From the human T2T-CHM13v2.0 reference genome, Homo sapiens, in NCBI RefSeq assembly GCF_009914755.1, contig NC_060934.1: a stretch of DNA of 64,000 nt; one strand, given 5' to 3'. The position numbers and the translations under genes were made by a program. Below, piece by piece: positions 36,001-47,820 of the stretch (positions within the stretch are counted from its first letter, which is position 1; each line of letters begins with the position of its first letter). A model generated the notes under the pieces. It worked only from the letters and a program-made list of their open reading frames with translations, made no database searches and was not told the DNA's origin.

Positions 36001-38325
36001 TTGTCAGCCTGACTCAGTAGCTCTCCTGGATGCAGTTCCCTGCCTGCCAGCCCTGGCGCCCGCCAGCCCCGGAGTCACACCCACCCAGGATGCCCCAGAG
36101 ACAGAGGCATGTGATGAAACCCAGGAAGGCAGGCAGCAACCAGTGCCGGCCCCGCAGCAGAAAATGGAGTGCCGGGCCACTTCGGATGCAGAGTCCCCAA
36201 AGCTTCTTGCAAGTTTCCCATCAGCTGGGGAGCAAGGTGGTGAAGCCGGGGCTGCTGAGACTGGTGGCAGCGCTGGTGCAGGAGACCCAGGAAAGCAGCA
36301 GGCTCCGGAGAAACCTGGAGAAGCTACTTTGAGTTGTGGCCTCCTTCAGACTGAGCACTGCCTTACCTCCGGGGAGGAAGCTTCTACCTCTGCCCTACGT
36401 GAGTCCTGCCAAGCTGAGCACCCCATGGCCAGCTGCCAGGATGCCTTGCTGCCAGCCAGAGAGCTGGGTGGGATTCCCAGGAGCACCATGGATTTTTCTA
36501 CACACCAGGCTGTCCCAGACCCAAAGGAGCTCCTGCTGTCTGGGCCACCAGAAGTGGCTGCTCCTGACACCCCTTACCTGCATGTCGACAGTGCTGCCCA
36601 GAGAGGAGCAGAAGACAGTGGAGTGAAAGCTGTTTCCTCTGCAGACCCCAGAGCTCCTGGCGAAAGCCCCTGTCCTGTAGGGGAGCCCCCACTTGCCTTG
36701 GAAAATGCTGCCTCCTTGAAGCTGTTTGCTGGCTCCCTCGCCCCCCTGTTGCAACCAGGAGCTGCAGGTGGGGAAATCCCTGCAGTGCAAGCCAGCAGTG
36801 GTAGTCCCAAAGCCAGAACCACTGAGGGACCAGTGGACTCCATGCCATGCCTGGACCGGATGCCACTTCTGGCCAAGGGCAAGCAGGCAACAGGGGAAGA
36901 GAAAGCAGCAACAGCTCCAGGTGCAGGTGCCAAGGCCAGTGGGGAGGGCATGGCAGGTGATGCAGCAGGAGAGACAGAGGGCAGCATGGAGAGGATGGGA
37001 GAGCCTTCCCAGGACCCAAAGCAGGGCACATCAGGTGGTGTGGACACAAGCTCTGAGCAAATCGCCACCCTCACTGGCTTCCCAGACTTCAGGGAGCACA
37101 TCGCCAAGATCTTCGAGAAGCCTGTGCTCGGAGCCCTGGCCACACCTGGAGAAAAGGCAGGAGCTGGGAGGAGTGCAGTGGGTAAAGACCTCACCAGGCC
37201 ATTGGGCCCAGAGAAGCTTCTAGATGGGCCTCCAGGAGTGGATGTCACCCTTCTCCCTGCACCTCCTGCTCGACTCCAGGTGGAGAAGAAGCAACAGTTG
37301 GCTGGAGAGGCTGAGATTTCCCATCTGGCTCTGCAAGATCCAGCTTCAGACAAGCTTCTGGGTCCAGCAGGGCTGACCTGGGAGCGGAACTTGCCAGGTG
37401 CCGGTGTGGGGAAGGAGATGGCAGGTGTCCCACCCACACTGAGGGAAGACGAGAGGCCAGAGGGGCCTGGGGCAGCCTGGCCAGGCCTGGAAGGCCAGGC
37501 TTACTCACAGCTGGAGAGGAGCAGGCAGGAATTAGCTTCAGGTCTTCCTTCACCAGCAGCTACTCAGGAGCTCCCTGTGGAGAGAGCTGCTGCCTTCCAG
37601 GTGGCTCCCCATAGCCATGGAGAAGAGGCCGTGGCCCAAGACAGAATTCCTTCTGGAAAGCAGCACCAGGAAACATCTGCCTGCGACAGTCCACATGGAG
37701 AAGATGGTCCCGGGGACTTTGCTCACACAGGGGTTCCAGGACATGTGCCAAGGTCCACGTGTGCCCCTTCTCCTCAGAGGGAGGTTTTGACTGTGCCTGA
37801 GGCCAACAGTGAGCCCTGGACCCTTGACACGCTTGGGGGTGAAAGGAGACCCGGAGTCACTGCTGGCATCTTGGAAATGCGAAATGCCCTGGGCAACCAG
37901 AGCACCCCTGCACCACCAACTGGAGAAGTGGCAGACACTCCCCTGGAGCCTGGCAAGGTGGCAGGCGCTGCTGGGGAAGCAGAGGGTGACATCACCCTGA
38001 GCACAGCTGAGACACAGGCATGTGCGTCCGGTGATCTGCCTGAAGCAGGTACTACGAGGACATTCTCCGTTGTGGCAGGTGACTTGGTGCTGCCAGGAAG
38101 CTGTCAGGACCCAGCCTGCTCTGACAAGGCTCCGGGGATGGAGGGTACAGCTGCCCTTCATGGGGACAGCCCAGCCAGGCCCCAGCAGGCTAAGGAGCAG
38201 CCAGGGCCTGAGCGCCCCATTCCAGCTGGGGATGGGAAGGTGTGCGTCTCCTCACCTCCAGAGCCTGACGAAACTCACGACCCGAAGCTGCAACATTTGG
38301 CTCCAGAAGAGCTCCACACTGACAG
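33013..38325 (+). CDS. TACC2: TACC2 giant coding exon (5,313 nt, 1,771 codons; exon 4 of the long isoform), intrinsically disordered region
   Basis: Lies within the 1805-aa ORF 32960-38377. Acceptor attttcAG|CATTGG, donor GACAG|GTACTT. SIGSVGLGGFCTASESS...APEELHTDR is recognised as the TACC2 long isoform. Phase 2 at both ends. Confidence 0.97.
34376..34477 (+). repeat. Coding tandem duplication, 2 x 51 bp (EQSHEVQPG[V/A]PPPPLPK)
   Basis: Two adjacent 51-bp units that differ at one base (GTA/GCA). Confidence 0.97.
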
Positions 38326-38844
38326 GTACTTAAATGAAAAAATTCCCACGGGAATGTGTGGTCAGTTTCAAAGGTGATTCCCAGCCTGATTTTTAGAAGT
38401 CAGTCGCATAGGTGAGTGGTTTTCTAAAAGCTGAGTTTTCCATATCTAATTGCTAAATGAACCTGCTTACCCCCTCTGGATGTCCTGAGGCTCTGAAAAA
38501 TGTGAGAACCATGGTTGGAGGCTGGGAGCTGTTGACTATGTTCTTTTTCTTGTGTTCCTTAATTCATCTAACTTAAACCACTGGAAAAGTATCAACTGTT
38601 TACTGGCTGGCTGTGTACTATTAAGTGATAGGTTATAGTCAGTCATATATTTTTCTGGAGTCCAGATACATCTGCTTTTGAATCTGGATTTATTTAGTCA
38701 GGGGGCCCTTTTTCCTAGGGATTTTTTTTTTTTGTAGTAGCCACTTAAAACTTTAATTGAGAAATCTGCTTTTTCAATAGGACATGAGGAGAAATGCCTT
38801 ACTATCTACATTATCCTATTAATTGCTTTCTTTTATTATCCCAG

Positions 38845-38958
38845 AGAGAGCCCCAGGCCTGGCCCATCCATGTTACCTTCGGTTCCTAAGAAGGATGCTC
38901 CAAGAGTCATGGATAAAGTCACTTCAGATGAGACCAGAGGTGCGGAAGGAACAGAAAG
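38845..38958 (+). CDS. TACC2: TACC2 coding exon (114 nt; exon 5), (R)ESPRPGPSMLPSVPKKDAPRVMDKVTSDETRGAEGTE(S)
   Basis: Acceptor ttcttttattatcccAG, donor AAAG|GTCAGC. In frame with the preceding exon; phase 2-2. Confidence 0.93.
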
Positions 38959-39105
38959 GTCAGCGAAAGATATTGGTCTTTGGAAGGCCATGATGCCTTC
39001 CTTAGATACAGACACACTGGATGTTTTGGAAAGGAGAGTAGTCCTTATACAGCATGAGTTCCTACATAAGAAAGAAGCAAATGGCCATTCCCGTTTTATG
39101 TACAG
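38959..39105 (+). CDS. TACC2: Candidate in-frame 147-nt extension of exon 5 (alternative 5' splice site), SAKDIGLWKAMMPSLDTDTLDVLERRVVLIQHEFLHKKEANGHSRFMY
   Basis: The frame stays open past the first donor to TACAG|GTACAG at 39105/39106. Same phase 2, exactly 49 codons further. Confidence 0.65.
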
Positions 39106-39205
39106 GTACAGCAGTACCTGGGATGACTAAAAGCTCCATTGTTGGAAAAGGGATTGAATGAGTTGCTTTCATACTTGAGTTTATTACCTTAAATTTAAAA
39201 AGTCA

Positions 39206-39493
39206 GTCTGGGTGCGGTGGCTCATGCCTGTAATCCCAACACTTTGGGAGGTCGAGGCAGGAAGATCACTTGAGCCCAGGAGTTTGAGACCAGCCACATG
39301 GTGAAACCCCATCTTTAGAAAAAATACAAAGATTAGCCGGGCACAGTGGCACGTGTCTGTAGTCCCAGTTACTTGGAAGTCTGAGTTGGGAGGATCGATC
39401 GTTTGAGCCCAGGAGGTGAAGGTTGCAGTGAGCCGTGTTTGTGCCACTGCACTCCACCCTGGGTGACAGGGACCCTGTCTCAAAAAAAGAAAA
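39206..39493 (+). mobile_element. Alu (J-like), followed by an L1M relic to ~39680
   Basis: Diverged Alu consensus. Confidence 0.9.
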
Positions 39494-40631
39494 GAATCTT
39501 TATTGAGATGCAATTCATATACCACATAATTCACTCATACAATTCAGTGGCTTGTAGTATATTCACAGTGTGTAACCATGGCTACAATCAATTTCAGGTT
39601 ATTTTCATCCCCACAGAAAGAAACCCTACAGCCCCTAGATATCATACCCCAGCCCCCACACCCGCCGCATCATCTCTAGGCACCCATTCATCTAGTTCAT
39701 TACATCTTGATGCAAATGGGTTCAATGCTGATTTAGTCTCCGAAGCAGGAATGGCTCACCAACAGCGGTCACACTCCAGGAGATCTCGAGATTCAAGGAG
39801 GGTAAATGTAACCACGAACAGTGACCTTCACACTTGCAGTGTGCCTGCCTGTTCTTTTCTACATGAAATGCCACCTAGTGTTATGCAGAAGCTGCTGCTC
39901 AAGGTTTCATCCTTTTGGGGAAATGGTGATATTGTGCACGTACACAGACACACAGTGAACAAGCTTTCCGCCTCCCTAGGCCTTTGGCTGTTCTGGTGCT
40001 GTGTGTGCACACATATACATGCATACAACACTTGTGTGTATGAGTAGGGTGGAATCAGACTTTAAATTAGTACCTGTGTACCCTACCAAACAGCTGCAGG
40101 CATTTTATAAATGATCTGATTCATATTTTGCACATTCAGAAAGAATGCACGATCACCTGTTTTTCGAGTCTGAACACTTCCACTGACACCCAGCTGCCTC
40201 TGCCGCCTGGCAGTAGTGACTCCCATAGCTCTGAGCCAATGTGGATGTGGGCATGTGCTGGCCAAACAGATGCAAGTTTAATCTGCATTGGACACCCTTT
40301 TTTGCTACTGACTTAGGATACAATTTCCTGCAGCCTTTGCTGTTATGTATTTTTTATATTCCCAGTTAAGGGGCAGGAGAAATATCTGTCTAGCTTGGAA
40401 AAGTCTTCCCCACCCCAAAAATGACCATATCAGTGCCTTCTTTTTCAGAGTCCTTAAACATGTTAGCACCTTCTTGGAGAAGGCAGGGCCAGATGTATAG
40501 TAGTACAATAAATATTTCATGACTTGTTGTTTTAATCACTTTAAATTGTAAAATTAAAATTTATAAATTAGTATTATAAATTATAGTTTTTTCCAGAATA
40601 CTTGTGAGGTATGGAAAAGTAGATACAGAAG

Positions 40632-40967
<336 letters not shown>

Positions 40968-41103
40968 TCACAACCACAATACCTACCAATTATTATTGCG
41001 TATTTTAGTATATTTTCATTTTAGCAGATTTTTAGTGCCATCAAAGCACTCTTTAGTGTTTTTAGTGCTGTCAAAACTCTTTAAAAACAAATCCTTAAAA
41101 AAT

Positions 41104-41407
41104 TATTTATTTATTCATGTATTTATTTATTTTTAGACAGGGTCTCACTCTGTCACCCAGGCTGGACTGCAGTGGCACAATCTCTGCTCAATGCAGCCTC
41201 GACCACCCCAGGATCCTCCCACTTCAGCCTCCCTAGTAGCTGGGACTACAGGTGTGCACCACCATGCTCAGCTTATTTTTAATTTTTTGTAGAGATGGGG
41301 TTTCACCATGGTGCTCAGCCTAGTCTTGAACTCTGGGCTCAAGCAATCTTCCTGCTTCTGCCTCCCAAAGTGCTGTGATTACAGGCATGAGCCACCATAC
41401 TCAGCCT
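41104..41407 (-). mobile_element. Alu (J-like)
   Basis: (TTTA)n tail plus diverged Alu. Confidence 0.9.
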
Positions 41408-41526
41408 ACAAACAGATCTTCATGGCTGAAATTGCATGACTGATTATGGTTTTAACAGCAATGGAAATTTAGGTTCTGATGGTGTTCCTATTCACTTTGC
41501 TCCTGCTGAGACTTTTGTACTCTCTA

Positions 41527-41828
41527 GAGCTGCTCGGTCTAGCATAGCAGCCCCTGGCTACGTGTGGATGGAGATGTGCTGTAAGTGTAAAATACACACC
41601 CAATGTTGAAAATTTAGTATGAAAAAAAAAGAAAATACATCACTAGTCATTTTGAATATAATGTTAATTATATGCAAAATAATAATATTTTGGATCTATT
41701 GGGTTAAAATGTCTTACTAAAATCAACTTCACTTATTTCTTTTTTCTGTTTTTTCAATGTGGCTCCCTAAATTTAAAAAATGACATATGTGGCTTTTGAA
41801 TACCTGGGTCACATTCTATTTGGATCAC
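41527..41828. mobile_element. MER33 hAT-Charlie element
   Basis: GAGATGTGCTGTAAGTGTAAAATACACAC...AATATTTTGGATCTATTGGGTTAAAAT. Confidence 0.7.
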
Positions 41829-44644
41829 TTGCCCCTAGAAGCTGCTTTTCCCTGGTCTTTGAAGGAAATGGGGTCATAAAGAGTTGGCCTTCCCTGTGCT
41901 TTAGGCTCTTGGGGAAAAGGCTTCCTAACATTGGTTGAGGGTTTCTGGAAAAAATTCGGATTGGACTCTCTCATCCAGCCTGGCAGGTTGGGAATGCTTC
42001 TTTCTCTTGAGGCAGAGGCTCTGAACTTCTTGCTTGTGAACCCATCCACCATGAGGAAGCCGTGCACGTGGACCTGGGCTGGTCTCGGAGGAAGTCCTGC
42101 CAGGCCAGGGGCTGTACTTCCTAGGAGGGGCAGGTGTTGCCTTTGAAGGTGAAAATCAGCAGCGGTCTTGGGGAGGCTGGGTGACCAGACTTCGGTGAAC
42201 ACTGCCAGGAGCTGTGGTGGTGATGAATTTCAGGGACAGGTCTCTGAATTCACACCCCAGCTCTGCTCCTTACTAATTACATACCTAACCTCAGTTTGTT
42301 CATCTGTAGAATGGGGATGACACCAATTGTACCTGCCTCAAAGAATTGCCATGAGGGTTAAATGAGATCCTTGATTCAAGCGCTGGAGCGTGCCCATTCT
42401 GGTGCCCAGTGGGTGTTAGATTCCCTGTTGTTTTGTGATGGGCATTTCTGGTGCAGTGACCTGCACGATTATATCTCTCTTCAGTGTGGAGATGGTTTTG
42501 GGATCTCAGTCTGTTCTCCTGAGGTTGAAACTTCAACCTGGCTGTCTTTCTTTTCCAGCGTTGAATTCTTTCTCTGCTAAAATATTTCAATGGCTGAGGA
42601 GAGTGAATTCTTTTTTACCCCCTACTGCACAGCCCAGAGTGATCTGCTACAAGTTAAAAATTTTGAGATTGTGTTTCACTGTAACACTTTGAGTATCTTT
42701 GTGTACCATATTATATTGTATTTCACCATCAAAACACTGTTTCAAGTTACCTCCAGAAGAGCAAAGCAAAGCAAAACCAAGTTTTCTATTATCTTGCTAG
42801 TTATCAGGTGACATGCTTCTGTGGATTGAATTTTGAAGATTCTGCCAATTTGAATAGGGCTGATATCACATATAAGATTCAATATCTAAGAAATGTGTCT
42901 TTTTCTATTTTGATGACAGGATAGTTTGATAACCCATCTCATACACATGTACATGAAGGTAGCATAAACTTGTTTACTGCTTTATTGTCCATCTTATGAA
43001 GTCAAATTGGCATTGCTAATGGATGTGGCATGGATATCCTGTGGCTTTGCCTACCTCCAGCCACACCTCACACCCATGGGGGTCTGTGTGTCCCCCACTC
43101 TGAGAAACAGGCACTCTTCTCACTCTGAGAAGCAGGAACTCACAATGCATAGAAATGTATAGAATGAAATGTACAGAGAGTGGCTGTGCATTTCTGTACA
43201 TTGTATGATCCTCCCTGTGGAAGAGCCTGGGACTCAGAGACAGCCTCATGTTAGTTTCAGGTTGTTCTGCAGAAGGTGCTTGAATCAATTTCACCTACGT
43301 ACATATACAACTATCTTCCCTGTTAGTGGAAGGTCTAGAATTTGGCATTTTGGTTACATAGCACTAATGTTCAGATGTGTCGTTCTGGATTAATCTTGGA
43401 TATCACCAAGCTTGTCGTTGCTGAATATGTGTTTAAAAGGAGTCGTTCTCTCTTTGTCTCTCTCTTTTTTTTTTTTTCCATTTAGGGAAATGGTTGGAAA
43501 GGTATTTTCAAGTATTAGTGGATTTTAAGAGGATCAAATTGTTCCCAGATGCTTAGGGTCTTTGTGTAAACCTAGGCTGAATGGGGAAGGGCAATTGGAT
43601 TGAAAAGTGGAGGGAGGGAGGACAGAGAGGACAGCTGGCCTCCCATCAAGGAAGCCCTGGCTGGACCTGAAAGCCTCACTGGAGCCGCTTCTCTCTTGTC
43701 CTCCCATGCCTCCTTCCCATTTGGTCTCTGTTTCTTCCTTTTCCCTCCACTCCGTTCTAAAATTACCAGCTGTGACACCATGTTTTCAAGTTTAAGAATA
43801 AGCTTTTAGAGGATGGCTACAACTGTATAAATTAAGGAAAAGAGAAAACAACATCGAAGCATGGTTCTCTTAGCAGATAAAGCCAGGACAACAGACCTCA
43901 CCCCCGATTTTATATGACATAGGAAATCGACACTTGGTAATGTCACTTACAGCAATACTCTTCTCAGATGGGAGGCAGTTAAGTTAGACAGATGCATTCA
44001 CATCTCATTGGCCTCTTATTGGCTTCGTTACCTTGGATAAGCTGCTTAACTTTTCCATCCTCAGTTTCTCTCTATATAAAATGGGAAGATAACATCTCTC
44101 TTTTAGGATTGGGGTTAGGATAAAATTGGAATGTTTCCAAAGCTCCTGGGATAATGCCTGGTATATGGTAAATGTATGATTACAATGGTAACTACTCTTG
44201 TAATTTGAAATGTATTTCTTCGAAACCATCCTGGAAATTAAGCAAAAGGAGGCAATGCCCAAGATCTCCAAATGAAATGGTAACAGACCCTGCAGGAATC
44301 TGTAGACGCAGAAACTGGATGAGCGTCTGTCTCCAGCCCTTCCACGTCTCTGAGCCTGTTTCTGTCTGTCAAGCTGGGGGCTCCACGAACCCTGCTTGGC
44401 CCACAAGGAGCTCATTATGTGAAATGAGATCACAGAATCAAAAGTACTTAGGAAACTAAAGCCTCTACAAATTGTGTTCTTATCAATAGCTTCAGTCACT
44501 ATAAACAATCATATACCAAAGTCAAGGAGCCTTTGGAAATGCAGCCTTTATGTGTTTCATAAGTAAAATGAAGCATCTGTGTTTCATAAGTAAAATGAAT
44601 TTCCTGAGAGGTGAATCTGTCATTTGGAAAAGCTTCAAGTATCT

Positions 44645-44947
44645 TTATTTATTTATTTTAGAGATAAGGTCTTGTTTTGTCTCTTAGGATGGAGTGACTT
44701 GGTGAGATTATAGCTCACTCTAACCTCCAATTCCTGGGGTCAAGCAACTCTCCAGCCTCCGTGCCTCCCAAGTAGCTGAGACTGCAGGTGCGCGCCACTA
44801 CACCTAGCTAATTTTCAACTTTTTTGTAGAGATGGCGTCTCACTATGTTGTCCAGGCTGGTCTCGAACTCCCAGCCTCAAACAATCCTCCCACCTTGGCC
44901 TCCTAAAGCACTGGGATTATTATAGGCATGAGCCACCATGCCCGACC
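44645..44947 (-). mobile_element. Alu (J-like)
   Basis: Diverged Alu consensus. Confidence 0.9.
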
Positions 44948-46104
44948 CTCTAAATCCCTTTGAAAGTGGGTTCATGAAGCATCTGCACAAAGGGCGGCTG
45001 CCTCCTTGGTGGCAGGGGCTGGATTCACTGTCTTCAGGTGGCTGGGACAGGCATGCCACCACCTTGGCTTCTGGCTCTCCAGAGCTTGGGAGCCTCTCTG
45101 CCGCTTGTCCCCTGTTCATGCTGCACTTGAACCCACAGCATGGAAGAGCCGCTCACTGCCACTTCAAAGTCAAGGGCCAGTTTCATTCAGATCAAGGTGA
45201 TGATTTCCCAAATTGAATGTCTCCAAGCTGACTTGCTCCTCTCTGAGAACTTCTCATTATGGCCACCGGTAGAAGCCACTGTGTTTGACCTGGGTTTGGG
45301 TTTTGTTTCAGCAGCAATGTTTGAGAGATGAATATTTTACACTCTAGCTGGTGAGAGCTGCAAGGAAATGTGGGGGCATTCTTATTGAGCTCCCCCCCAC
45401 CACTTTATGGAGGAGGAAACTGAGTCTCAGAATGGGGACAGGACTAGGGGGCTAACTAGCTGCAGAGACAGACCTGGGTTTTGGCCCCTGATGGCAAGTT
45501 TCCCCCCAGATGCCTGTGCTGAACTGGGGACCCTCCTTAGGAGGGGGATGGGGATCTTCCTTTCACCAATGCCAGCCACCCCAATTCTGCTTCTAGGCTT
45601 TTGAGAAAAGACCATATGATTCTGAGGTCTAGGGTGTGACAAGCACAGGCCTCAAGAGTTGACAGGGCTCAGGTTCTAGCTCTGTGATCCTGGGGCCATC
45701 GCCTTGCGGGGCATTTGACTCACCCGTAAAATGGAGCAAATAGTACTCCCTTACAGCGCTGTTAAAATTAAATGAGCCACTTTATTGAGAGCACCTGCCA
45801 CAAGTGCTCTGTATAAGTTCCTTTCATTTATTCCCCACTCTGGGCCAATGTACTTCCACACTGCAGCATCGTGGTTCTTTCTCACCTCAACCTGTAGGTG
45901 GGTGCTGTTTGTGTACCCCTTTTCCAGATGAGGAAATGGAGGCTCCCAATGGTGACATGGCTTGGTCAAGGTCACAAAGCTAATAAGAGTTGGAACTAGA
46001 ACTAGAACCTCAAGGCTTTTCAGACATCAGATCTACGTTCAGAACGCTGATCATTCTCTTACTAGCCAGGTGGAGTCCTGGGGAGGCGCCCTGTTCCCTA
46101 CAGC

Positions 46105-46312
46105 AACGCTGTCCACCGACGGTTCTTCAGTGGTGGGAATGTCCTGTGTCTCCACTCTCCAATACAGTCGCTGCTGGCCACAGGCTGCTAGCGAGCACTT
46201 GAAATGAGGCTGGTGCCACTAAGGAACCAAATTGTTAATTTTGTTTAATTTCAACTAATTGAAATTTATAGTGAAATACCCACATGGGGCTGTGGCTTCC
46301 ACACAGGACAAC
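46105..46312. mobile_element. MER3 hAT-Charlie element
   Basis: CGCTGTCCA...GAGCACTTGAAATGAGGCTGGTG...TTAATTTTGTTTAATTT. Confidence 0.65.
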
Positions 46313-46623
46313 CCAACTGGAAGCCACTGTGTCTTTGCATTACGTCAGAGGCTAATCCTTGCCATCAGAGCCAGTGGGTGTGGTGAGGCTCTGTGTGTGA
46401 GGCCCTGGACATTTCTCAAGCACCTGCTGGTGCTCGGTGAGTATTAGGCGCCCCTTCCTCCCGCTGGCTGGCTCTGTAAGTGGGGAGACCAAGTGGTTGT
46501 GTCTCTAGAATGGAGGCTGAGGTGTGTTCGTGGCACATCTGCCCAGTAATGCGGATCAGCAGGAGGTGTCTTTCCTGCACCCAAGGAGGCCTCCCATTGC
46601 ACCTGGGGGCTTGGCTTCACCTA

Positions 46624-47087
<464 letters not shown>

Positions 47088-47410
47088 TCACCAGACTGGG
47101 AGGGAGCCCAAATGGGCAGACATGTGGTTTTTCCACTGATGTCTCTGCACTGTTCTTGTCCCGAAAACCTGGCAGGATGAGGAACAGGCCCCAGCTTACA
47201 GCATCTCAGCCCCTTCTTTCTTCTCTGCTTTCTTAATGCCTGTTAGTCCAGTGTTAAATATTTTAGCAGCCTGATGACTCAGATGTAGACTGTGAAAGTG
47301 TTTCTTTTTCCAGGGAAGGCACTGGAACAGGTCTAGTTACTGATGCTCTTAATGCCCTTTCCTTTTGCAAGCCTGGCCGAGGGTGTTTAGGAATAAAAAC
47401 TTGCCTGGTT

Positions 47411-47820
<410 letters not shown>

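Noticed and set aside
36498-38161. Antisense ORFs of 183-287 aa
   Set aside because: Shadow ORFs expected opposite GC-rich coding sequence; no independent evidence of coding.
32960-38377. 1805-aa ORF as a stand-alone novel intronless gene
   Set aside because: It is the TACC2 giant exon. Splice sites at 33013 and 38325 join in frame to the neighbouring exons; the GTG start and the last ~16 codons are intronic read-through.
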